Source of the DNA: an uncultured Spirochaetota bacterium | Lineage (GTDB): Bacteria > Spirochaetota > Spirochaetia > SZUA-6 > Fen-1364 | NCBI GenBank assembly: GCA_963845535.1 | Contig: CAWJSK010000015.1 | Coordinates: forward strand, 384,001 to 448,000 | Direction: 5' to 3' | Length of the DNA stretch: 64,000 nt | Part shown: in pieces, positions 44,162-52,726 of the stretch | Numbering within the stretch: position 1 is the stretch's first letter | How the letters are laid out: every line of letters begins with the position of its first letter | The notes under the pieces: generated by a model | Database searches by the model: none | The model's input: only the letters and a program-made list of their open reading frames with translations | Told to the model about the DNA's origin: nothing | Position numbers and translations under genes: made by a program

Positions 44162-46167
44162 AGGAGCAGAACCGGGACCGCTTCGACGCCTTCCTGAAGC
44201 GCAACAGGAGCCGCCTGGGCCAGGTGATCCACGAGATGTGGGACTCGCGCGACCAGGAGCTCTGGGCAAAGGACCCGTACTACTTCCTTCGCCTGGGGGA
44301 AAGGGCGGACACCGCGGGCCAGGCGATGTTCGCGCATGACGTCCTGAAAGAGGGACTGCGCGTATTTCCCGGGCACCTTCTGATCACGCAACGTTACTGC
44401 AAGTCACTGATCAATTGCGGCTTCCTCCTCACGGCCAAGGACCTCCTTGCGCGGCTCATGAAGGACGGCCATTTCGACGAGGAGACGCTCGGCACGCTCG
44501 GCCGGGTGTTCAAGGAGATGTGGCTCATCGAGGGCAACGGCGAGCCCGGGCACCCCCACCTGGGGAAGTCGCGCGAAGTGTACCTCGGGGCGTTCCGCAG
44601 GCATCGCCGGGGCTGGTCAGGGATCAACGCCGCGAGCCTCAGCCTGATCATGGGAGACAGCGAGCTCTCACGACGCGTGGCCCGCCAGGTGCTACATATC
44701 TGCGCGGACCTCCTGAAAGACCCGTCCCGACGCGACTATTGGACGCTGGCGACGGTGGCCGAAGCTTTCCTGCTCCTGGGCCGCCAGGAGCGGGCCGCGA
44801 AGTTCTACCGGCTGGCCCGGGCGCGCAGCCCCCGCAACTACGGCAATCTCGCAAGCTCGCGGAGGCAACTCTCGCTGCTCGCGCGATACGTGAAAGTGGA
44901 TCCTGCGGTGCTCGACACGCTGCGCATCCCCCCTGTCGTGGCGTTCACCGGCCACATGATCGATCCGCCGGACCAGCCGCGCGCGCACTTCCCGCAGTCA
45001 GCGTCCGTGCCCGTCAAGCAGAAGATCGCCTCGGTCTTGCGGAAGCTCGACGCGCGCATCGGCTACGCCTCCGCCGCATGCGGCGCGGACATCCTGTTCC
45101 ACGAGTGCCTCCTGGCGCGCGGCGGGGAGAGCAACGTCGTCCTCCCCTTCGACAAGGAGGATTTCTTCCAGACAAGCGTGGACTTCGCCGGCCAGGCCTG
45201 GAAACGCCGCGCGCGGGCGGTCCTGTCCAAGAGCTCAATGGTGGAGCAGGCCACGCGGGGGGGATACCGCGAGGGCAACGAGATTCTGTTCTCCTATGCC
45301 AATCAGCTCATCCTGGGCAAGGCAATCCTGCGAAGCCGGTTCCTCGAGACGGAGCCGCTTCTCATGGCGGTGTGGGACGGCGAGCGCAATGGCAAACCGG
45401 GCGGCACCTCCGAGTGCGTCAGGCAGTGGGAGGAGACGGGCTTCCCCTACGTCGTCATTGACCCCGTAACGGCGCGAGTTGAGCACAGGGGCGGAGGTAC
45501 GCTCCGCGGCACGGCGGCGCGCGGCGGCACGCGTCAGGCCGCAGAGGCGGCGTTTGTGCGGCCGGCGTCCGCGCGGGATTCTGCACGCGCCCCGTCCGGG
45601 CGCACCATCGCGCAGCGGAAGAGCCGCCAGACCATCGCCATCCTCTTTGCCGACATGGTGGGCTATAGCAAGCTGCGCGAAGAGCAAGTCCCGGCCTACG
45701 TCAGGGGATTCCTCACGGGAGTCTCCAAGACGCTTTCGGCATCCGCGGTCGAACCGCTGTACAAGAATACGTGGGGTGATGCGATCTGCCTGGCGTTCGA
45801 CGACCCCGTGGGTGCCGCGGAATGCGCCATCTCTCTTCGGGACATGGTGCGGAGAACCGACTGGTCCAGCTTCGGCCTGCCGCCGTCCTTGAACGTGCGC
45901 ATCGGGCTCCACGCTGGGCCGGTGTACTGCGTGCAGGAGCCTCTCCTGGAGCGGCTGAACGTGTTCGGCTTCCACGTGAATCAGGCCGCGCGGATAGAAC
46001 CCATTACGAGCCCGGGGAACGTCTACGCCAGCGAATCATTCGCCGCGCTCCTTCTCGCGGACCCGAGGAACCGGCTGGACTGCCGGTACGTCGGGGTTGT
46101 GGTGCTGCCGAAGAACTTCGGAAGTTATCCAATTTATCATATCAAACGCAGGACGGAAGTAGGGTAG
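44158..46167 (+). CDS. TPR-S (DUF4071/TRAF-binding-like) + SLOG-like + class III nucleotide cyclase
   Basis: TPR-S motifs ETLGTLGRVFK, SGINAASL, DYWTLATVAEA. SLOG-like AFTGHMID, ACGADILF, VVLPF, AVWDG...PGGT. Cyclase LFADMVGYS, NTWGDA, RIGLHAGPV, GFHVNQAARIEP. Confidence 0.85.
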   Translation: MKEQNRDRFDAFLKRNRSRLGQVIHEMWDSRDQELWAKDPYYFLRLGERADTAGQAMFAHDVLKEGLRVFPGHLLITQRYCKSLINCGFLLTAKDLLARLMKDGHFDEETLGTLGRVFKEMWLIEGNGEPGHPHLGKSREVYLGAFRRHRRGWSGINAASLSLIMGDSELSRRVARQVLHICADLLKDPSRRDYWTLATVAEAFLLLGRQERAAKFYRLARARSPRNYGNLASSRRQLSLLARYVKVDPAVLDTLRIPPVVAFTGHMIDPPDQPRAHFPQSASVPVKQKIASVLRKLDARIGYASAACGADILFHECLLARGGESNVVLPFDKEDFFQTSVDFAGQAWKRRARAVLSKSSMVEQATRGGYREGNEILFSYANQLILGKAILRSRFLETEPLLMAVWDGERNGKPGGTSECVRQWEETGFPYVVIDPVTARVEHRGGGTLRGTAARGGTRQAAEAAFVRPASARDSARAPSGRTIAQRKSRQTIAILFADMVGYSKLREEQVPAYVRGFLTGVSKTLSASAVEPLYKNTWGDAICLAFDDPVGAAECAISLRDMVRRTDWSSFGLPPSLNVRIGLHAGPVYCVQEPLLERLNVFGFHVNQAARIEPITSPGNVYASESFAALLLADPRNRLDCRYVGVVVLPKNFGSYPIYHIKRRTEVG

Positions 46168-46171
46168 CGTC

Positions 46172-47197
46172 ATGGCAATCGCCAGGAAGAAAAGAAAGAC
46201 CGCGGCGCGGCGGGTCCGCAAGCCGGCCCGGCGCAAGGCGAAGAAGACAGCGCGTCGCGCCGTACGAAAGCCCGCGCGACGGAAGGCCAAGAAGACCGCC
46301 CGACGAAGAAAGGCGCGACCCGCCGCCCGGAGGCGCAGCGCCCGAAAGACCGCGGCGCGCCGGCCGCGGAAAAAGGCTGCTGCTCGGCGCAAGACTACCG
46401 CCAGACGCAAGGGCGCAGTCAAGCGGAAGCCGGCCGCCCGGCGCAGGAAAGCGGCCGCGCGGCGGCGACCCGCGGCACGGCGCCGCAAGGCAGCGGTGCG
46501 CCGCAAGCCTGCAGCGCGCAGGAAGGGCACGACACGGCGCAAGCCCACGGCCCGCAGGAAGGCCACGACACGGCGCAAGCCCACGACCCGCAGGAAGCCC
46601 ACGACACGACGCAAGCCCACGACACGACGCAAGGCGCCCGCCCGCAAGCGCGGGAGCGCGGCCAAGAAGCCGGCAGGCCCCCGAATGCCCAAGGCTCCGG
46701 CAGCCGCGGCAGGGCGCCGCGGCGGCTTCTCACTCCGTCGTCTGGCCGCTCGATTTACGCCGCCCGTGAAGCCTCCGGTGGAAGCTTACAGCGGCGCCAA
46801 GCCCTACCTTTTTGCCAGCTATTCGCACAAGAACATGCGCGAGGTGTTCACCGTGATCAAAAAGCTCTCTGATTCGCGCTTCCGGATCTGGTACGACGAA
46901 GGGATCGAGCCGGGCAATGAGTGGCCCGAGGAGGTGGGCAGGGCGCTGACGGGCTGCCGGCTCTTCGTGGTGTTCATGAGCCCGCAAGCCATGGAGTCCC
47001 GCAACGTGCGGAACGAGATCAACCTCGCCTCCAGCGAGAACAAAAGCATCATGGTGGTCAACCTCCAGCCCGTTGAGCTCTCCGAGGGGATGAAGCTGCA
47101 GATCGGGACCGTGCAGTTCATCAACAAGCAGGATTTGGGGGAGGACGAGTTCATGGAGAAGCTGAAGGACGCCCTCAGCCCCGAGCTGCGGGGCTGA
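46172..47197 (+). CDS. TIR-domain protein with histone H1/Hc2-like basic N-terminal tail
   Basis: Residues 1-203 are K/R/A/P/T-rich with no Asp or Glu. The C-terminal TIR has FASYSH, IWYDEGIEPGNEW, FVVFMSP and SRNVRNEI (putative catalytic Glu codon 47015-47017). Confidence 0.88.
   Translation: MAIARKKRKTAARRVRKPARRKAKKTARRAVRKPARRKAKKTARRRKARPAARRRSARKTAARRPRKKAAARRKTTARRKGAVKRKPAARRRKAAARRRPAARRRKAAVRRKPAARRKGTTRRKPTARRKATTRRKPTTRRKPTTRRKPTTRRKAPARKRGSAAKKPAGPRMPKAPAAAAGRRGGFSLRRLAARFTPPVKPPVEAYSGAKPYLFASYSHKNMREVFTVIKKLSDSRFRIWYDEGIEPGNEWPEEVGRALTGCRLFVVFMSPQAMESRNVRNEINLASSENKSIMVVNLQPVELSEGMKLQIGTVQFINKQDLGEDEFMEKLKDALSPELRG
46490..46650 (+). repeat. 18-bp coding tandem repeat (RRK-x-T/A-T/A hexapeptide)
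   Basis: Units such as cgcaagcccacgacacga repeated with variation, encoding RRKPAA-RRKGTT-RRKPTA-RRKATT-RRKPTT-RRKPTT-RRKPTT-RRKAPA. Confidence 0.85.
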
Positions 47198-47927
47198 CCG
47201 GCACCCTCGCCGCGCTCTCCCCGCGCTCTTGCCGCGGGGGGTTTCCCGGGCACCCGTCAAAGGACTATCTTGATACCCTTGACGTAGTGTATATGCTTAC
47301 TATTGATTGTGAGCACAAACGTTAAGTTGGGTGTCTATGTCAGGGTATCAACTCCGGCACAGGTGGAGGATGGTTATAGCCTTCAAGACCAAAGGAAAGA
47401 CGGTGCGGCATTTGCTAAGGAGTATGGTTTTCACTACCGGCTGTATGATGATGGGGGTGTCTCGGGAACCCTATCAAGCAGGGCTGCTCTTGATGAGCTG
47501 TGCCATGATATAGAAACCGAAAAGATACAAGCTGTTTGGGTTGCCGATGAAAAGAGGTTCTCCCGTTCTGCTGAGATTGGGCTTCATCTAATCAATACCT
47601 TGATCAAGCATGGCACTAAATTCTTTGTTGGAAACAAGGAGCGAGACCCAACAGACCCTAACACCTACATGATGTTAGGAATAGCCTTCCTATTTGCTCA
47701 GAGGGACCATTTAGACATTAAGGTTCGTCTATGGAAGGGTATTAGAGCATCATGGAACAATGGTGACAGAACCGGAGTAGCGCCCTATGGATATGATGCC
47801 TACTTTGACGTTTCTGATAAGAGAAAGAGAAAACTCAAGATAAATGAAGCACAGGCAAAGGTAGTCAAGAAAGTCTTTCAACTTTACCAAGAAGGATGTT
47901 CATTCCGCAAGACAGCCGAAGTTCTTA

Positions 47928-49583
47928 CAGCAATTCGCAATCTGGCATTTGCGCCACGAGTTGGCGTGGATGCTTCTGTGGCAGGCCCAGGGCCGCTATC
48001 GGCCTCTGATACGGTCAGGCCCCGCCACGACCTCCCCGGGGAGGCTGAGCGCAGTGAGTTAGCCTTTGGAAGAAGGTGCAAGTAGCCCAGGGGGCAGAGT
48101 GCCGCCCACGGGTGTCCAGGAGGTCAGTGTAGTTCTGAGGGGTGTCTTGGCGGGCCCCTATCCGTCGGGATCTTCCAAACCCAGTCCCTGCAACATAAAC
48201 AGTACCAAGTGGCGCCAGCTTTCAAATTGCCAATACTGAGTGAGGGCGGCCAAATGCTGATAGAAGGTGTCACGACGAGGAAGGCTCGCTCGTAGCAGTG
48301 CCACGCGCTTGTCCAGCAGTTCCAGTACCGTGTGAAAGAGGAATGCCAGCACGTTCAGCGACAACAGCGTGCAAGAGAGGTACTTCTGGCCGTGGCCAAA
48401 ATTGTGCTCGAAGTGATAGCCCTTGGTCTTGAGGGTGTTGTTGTTCTCATTCTCTATTTTCCACCGACAGCGTCCGGCCTCTACAATTAACGCCACATTC
48501 TCTGGAGTGATCAGCAGGTCGGTAATGAAGGCTGAATGGAAGGTCTGTTTTCCCTCGTCGTCAAGGATGGTGATTTCCGCCCAATTAACCTCAACCCCGT
48601 TGCTGCTTCTAGCGTTGAGCCCTACCCCGTTGACATAGCGATAGATCACCGTTCGGTGCGCTCGACCCGTCCAGTGGCTACGGCGCACCTCCTGCAGCCC
48701 TTTGAGCTTCTCCAATCCCGCAAGCTCTTCATACAGGTATTTGTGAGAGGAGGGCTTGGCCACGAAGATATAGCTCATCTGCTGAGAACGCACCTTTTCG
48801 ATCATCGGCTGGCTTGCAAACAGGTCATCCCCCAAGAGTACCGCCCCAAAAGAGGCGTAGCGGCTACCCATCGTCTCAAGCCAGCGCTTGGCTGCCTGGT
48901 ATTCACAGTCCTGTTTCTCGTGGCCATCCTGCGGGGTGATGAACTCGGGTTCCAGCGGGATCACCTGAGAGCGCTCAGGGTGTACCAGCACCGGCAGTAA
49001 TACGCTGTGCGAGTAGGTCGTGCGTCCATCACGATGGTGGTGCACTGTGCAGGAGGGGCAGTGGATGGATTCAGAGAAAAAGTAGCCAGTGCCATCCAGG
49101 GCAAGAAGAAGCTTGCCCTCCAGAAATCGAAAGGAGTCCAGCATTCCCTTTTCTTTGAGCAAATCCACCGTCAGCCCGTAGGCGGGACGCACGCGGGCAG
49201 GATCAACCAGATCCAGCACCCCGCGAATCTGGTTGTCGGTTGGGATGCCACGAATGGCGAAGACACTGCGCGCATTGCTGGTGCCCTTCTCTTTTTCCAT
49301 CAAGGCCTGGTGCGCTAAAAAGGAGGGACTCTGACTAAAGAAAACCGCAAAGGCGCAGAGGAAGAAATCGCGCCATTCGTAGTGAAGATTCGAGCCCGGC
49401 CGAGGGTCCGCGCACCCCTCGATCATCTTCTCGAGATACCCGAGCAACTCAGAGAATAGCTCCCCTCCTCCCTGCATATCCCAAGCAAAGAGTAGGGCAG
49501 AACGAGCAAAGAAAAATACTAGACAGATGTACCCGAAAGCTTACGGCATTGCGTCAGGGCAAACCTCAGATTTAGAATTGCTG
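47928..49583 (-). mobile_element. ISNCY-type insertion sequence, 1656 bp, 9-bp target duplication
   Basis: Ends CAGCAATTCGCAATCTGGCATTTGC and (reverse complement) CAGCAATTCTAAATCTGAGGTTTGC; AAGTTCTTA duplicated at 47919-47927 and 49584-49592. Confidence 0.92.
48158..49477 (-). CDS. DDE transposase (ISNCY / IS4-superfamily-like)
   Basis: LALDGT, LGDDLF, GRCRWKIENENNNTLKTKGYHFEHNFGHG; QDGHEKQDCE. Confidence 0.9.
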   Translation of the reverse strand: MQGGGELFSELLGYLEKMIEGCADPRPGSNLHYEWRDFFLCAFAVFFSQSPSFLAHQALMEKEKGTSNARSVFAIRGIPTDNQIRGVLDLVDPARVRPAYGLTVDLLKEKGMLDSFRFLEGKLLLALDGTGYFFSESIHCPSCTVHHHRDGRTTYSHSVLLPVLVHPERSQVIPLEPEFITPQDGHEKQDCEYQAAKRWLETMGSRYASFGAVLLGDDLFASQPMIEKVRSQQMSYIFVAKPSSHKYLYEELAGLEKLKGLQEVRRSHWTGRAHRTVIYRYVNGVGLNARSSNGVEVNWAEITILDDEGKQTFHSAFITDLLITPENVALIVEAGRCRWKIENENNNTLKTKGYHFEHNFGHGQKYLSCTLLSLNVLAFLFHTVLELLDKRVALLRASLPRRDTFYQHLAALTQYWQFESWRHLVLFMLQGLGLEDPDG

Positions 49584-49985
49584 AAGTTCTTAACATTGAG
49601 GGAGTCAAGACCAAGAACTACGGTAAGGCTCTAAAGGTTAGATTTTCAGAGGAACGAAAGACTACTACAGGTGTATGAACTCCAAGCCAGATTGGAAGCA
49701 TTCTGCGGCGCCCCTTCTATGCTGGACTGACTTGGAACTTTGATCGCACAGAGTTGTTACCGGCTAACAAGCTTCCGGCAATCTTGGATATCTCAAGGGC
49801 TGAATGGCAAGATATGTCCAATGGCATTTCAGAAATAGCAAACAGACGCAACAGAAACGGTATCAATCTTTCTCATCATCCCTTGTCGGCACTGATAAGG
49901 TGTTCTACCTGTAACGCACCATATTACTATAGACATTTCAAAGCCGGTCAACAACTTGCCTATAATCATCACACGGACACACCTA

Positions 49986-51099
49986 TTGAGCCTCGCGTAA
50001 ATAGGTGACGTTTCAGTCAAATGAAATCCCTGCATGTTTGAGGAAAGAATAGGGAAGACTGTTGCTTTGTGAATGGATTCGGGAAAATCCATCGCGCACT
50101 CCATCTACCATTCCTCCCAGGTCATCGGCGCATCGGTTGGCTAACTCTTGGCCCTCGATATTCGCCCAAGCACTCTCAACCGGGTTCAGCTCAGGGGCAT
50201 AGGCGGGAAGGCGCACAACGGTCAGCCATTTGTCTTGTTGCTTCAAATAACTGGTCATGCGGCGGCTTCTGTGAGACGGCAGGCCATCCCAGACCAGAAT
50301 AACTTTCTTCCGAAGGAACTCTTTGCGAAGCTGTGAAAGGAAGTCGCTCAACTTCTCGTCGTTGAAGCTGTCAGCAACAATGCGAAAGAAAAGCCGAGAT
50401 TCTTTGCCATCCCATCGATAGCCGAGGGCCGCACAGATAGACAGTTTCTTCCAATTAAAGGTATGACAGAGCACGGGTGTCTTGCCTCGTGGCGCCCAGG
50501 TCCGTCTCACGGGAGGCTTCTGCGAAAGGCCGCTTTCATCAAGGAAAACTACCCATGCGCGCCAGAGGCTAGCGTTTTTTTTTACCTCTTCCCATCTCTG
50601 AGTCTTCCACTGAGTAATCTTTTCTTCGTCTCTTTCCTTTGCTTTCAGCGTCGGGCGCTGCAGACTCCACCCCATCTGGCGCAAGATTCTCCACACGTGA
50701 CCCGGATGATAGCTTACCCCTGTCACACTACTGATGAGCTGGGCCACACGAGGGAGGGACCACAAATCCGTTGCGTATCCATGAGCCGTCGCTCCACGCA
50801 GCAGTTCCTTCTCCACCAGCGCCAGTTGCTCCTTCTCCAATTTGGGCTTTCGCCCGGCTCTTGTTGCCCCCTCCAGGGCAGCGATGTTACCGCTATGCCA
50901 TGCCTGCCACCATTCGCTGACGCTCTGGCGACTGACCCGCAAGTGCAAAGCCACCGCGGCTTGGCGTTCACCCTGCTCGAAGAGCGCAACGGCCTTCTCG
51001 CGGCGTTTGCGTAATTTTTCAAGCCTCTTTTTTCCCCTCTCCATGAGCAAGATTATGCCACAAACAAATTCTTTTGTCCGGAAATTTTGCGAGCCTCAA
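49986..51099 (-). mobile_element. IS630-family insertion sequence, 1114 bp, TA duplication
   Basis: Ends TTGAGCCTCGCGTAA and (reverse complement) TTGAGGCTCGCAAAA; TA at 49984-85 and 51100-01. Confidence 0.9.
50013..51044 (-). CDS. IS630 family transposase
   Basis: N-terminal HTH; FLDESG, VWDGLPSH, LPAYAPELNPVESAW; single frame across an A9 run. Confidence 0.93.
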   Translation of the reverse strand: MERGKKRLEKLRKRREKAVALFEQGERQAAVALHLRVSRQSVSEWWQAWHSGNIAALEGATRAGRKPKLEKEQLALVEKELLRGATAHGYATDLWSLPRVAQLISSVTGVSYHPGHVWRILRQMGWSLQRPTLKAKERDEEKITQWKTQRWEEVKKNASLWRAWVVFLDESGLSQKPPVRRTWAPRGKTPVLCHTFNWKKLSICAALGYRWDGKESRLFFRIVADSFNDEKLSDFLSQLRKEFLRKKVILVWDGLPSHRSRRMTSYLKQQDKWLTVVRLPAYAPELNPVESAWANIEGQELANRCADDLGGMVDGVRDGFSRIHSQSNSLPYSFLKHAGISFD

Positions 51100-52143
51100 T
51101 AAGCAGAGACAGTGCAAATCTCTACCAAGATATTTGAAAAAGGAAATAGAACAACTGTTTGAGTTGACTCTTTATATGATTCTTGGAAATGAGGATACAA
51201 TACAAGCCTTCCTGAGAAACTACACGGAACAGATGCAAGACAAGCATCAAAGCACACTATCAAATATTGCGTCTCTTGAGAGCGAAAGGGGTAAACTCAA
51301 TAAATTAAGTTGAAAAACTCCTTGATTACATCGAACAGAATGGAAGTGATAGCGTTGTATCCGAACGATTGAGTAAAAGGAAGCAGGAGATTAAAGAAGT
51401 AGATAATAACCTGATCAGGCTAAGGCAATCTTTGTCCGAAGATGCGGCGGAGGAAAGTGCATTAGCAAAGAGGTATTCAAAGGACACACTTGCTGCTTTT
51501 AGGGCCGGGGATGGCGCCAAGAAACGGGAGATATACTTTAGCCTAATTGAATCAGCAGTTATCAGGGATGGAAGGCTCTTTATCCACTACAAGAACGGAC
51601 AAGAGTATAGAGTGCAACTGGCACAATACCGAAATACCAAGTTTAGGATTGACTCTTACTGGCAAGGAGGGTTGGAGTTATTCAAAAAGGGGGAGTTTTT
51701 GAAGCCAAAAGAACCGTTGTATCAGATGAGTCTGCTCTATGATTACAAGACCCATGATAGGACGTATCTCTTGTCAGACTATTTGAAGTTGCAGAATCCC
51801 GAGTTTGCTGATGAAGAATCCTTCTCAGGTAGTATAGAGGACACCGAAAATATGTTGACTGGATACCTTCCGGGCAGATCACTGATTGAACGTGGACCTA
51901 TTGAAAATGGCACCAAGAGTAAAGCGAAACACAAAACGCTAAAGATTAGTTCATCTTCCTTTTGAAACGCTTGTGGCTGTGTGAGGGGTATTTGGAACTC
52001 CTGCGCCAAGGAGCCGAGAAGGGGATGGCCGTTTTGTGGGACGAAGTAGCAGTCTACAGGCGAATGGTCAACTGTCTCGGATACAAGGAGGGGGAATTCG
52101 TGCTAAAATCATTTCAAGAACATCTATGCGGAAGGACAACAGC

Positions 52144-52329
52144 TTGAAAAACGAGCAAATACTGGTTGGAGATACCGTGAGATTCCAGGGCGGCGGGTCA
52201 TCAATGACAGTTGAAGCGATAGAGGGAGCCGAAGCTATCTGCGCGTTTGCACTTGGCGGTACACAACGGTTGAGACTTGAAGTTCTTGAGAAGGTTCCGC
52301 AGGAGCACCACTGGTGGGGTCACAAATAA
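52144..52329 (+). CDS. YodC/DUF2158-like small protein
   Basis: VGDTVRFQGGGSSMTVE...ICAF resembles the GDxVxLKSGGPxMTV...CxWF pattern; TTG start after AAGGA. Confidence 0.6.
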   Translation: MKNEQILVGDTVRFQGGGSSMTVEAIEGAEAICAFALGGTQRLRLEVLEKVPQEHHWWGHK

Positions 52330-52580
52330 CGAACCTGTATCGCGAACTTCAGATGACAACCCACAGTGCTGAGCGGGTAACCACAGCGAAACGCTCTGCG
52401 TTGTGGATATTCGAAGATGCGGCTTCAATTCGCCACAAGATCATCCAACGCGCCGGACGGCTGACGCGTCCGCAAGGTCGGCTTCGCCTGACTTTGAGCG
52501 GCAACGAGGCAACGCGAAAGGACTTGATGCACTACATGGAATCTCTCGCCTGCGCAGGATAGTTTTAATGCAACGTTAGA
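52330..52580 (+). pseudogene. IS1380-family transposase C-terminal remnant with right end
   Basis: NLYRELQM...KRSALWIF...IIQRAGRLTRPQGRLRLTLS; followed by ATGCAACGTTAG, which resembles an IS end; no 5' part present. Confidence 0.65.
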
Positions 52581-52726
52581 TTCTACTCTCTTTGATTGCA
52601 TATACAAGTGTATCACTCTCGGCGCAGATTGATAGACCCGCCTGATGGGCAGAAAAAGGCGCTAGAATCCTAGGATATCAGACCTTGCCGCCTCCATCAT
52701 GACCAATCAAGACCGGGCCGAGCGGC

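Larger units (their letters stand above)
47303..51965 (+). pseudogene. Large serine recombinase (integrase), disrupted
   Basis: Catalytic YVRVST...GYSLQDQ, DGGVSG, RFSR and PYGY (47303-47927). Recombinase domain and CSTC zinc ribbon (49593-49985) with in-frame TGA at 49676. Coiled-coil/C-terminus (51102-51965) with frameshift at ~51305. Removing both IS elements restores the frame at both junctions. Confidence 0.88.

Noticed and set aside
46036..46692. 218-aa minus-strand ORF with LRRVVG repeats
   Set aside because: It is the antisense shadow of the basic repeat; the plus frame is continuous with the TIR domain and fits the operon.
44158..47197. Calling the cyclase-TIR pair a standard Pycsar or Thoeris system
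   Set aside because: The TIR lacks a cNMP-binding domain and there is no SIR2 or Macro effector; the architecture matches neither system as described.
47928..48085. C-terminal ~50 aa of the 260-aa recombinase ORF in the track
   Set aside because: This is read-through into the IS end, not recombinase sequence.
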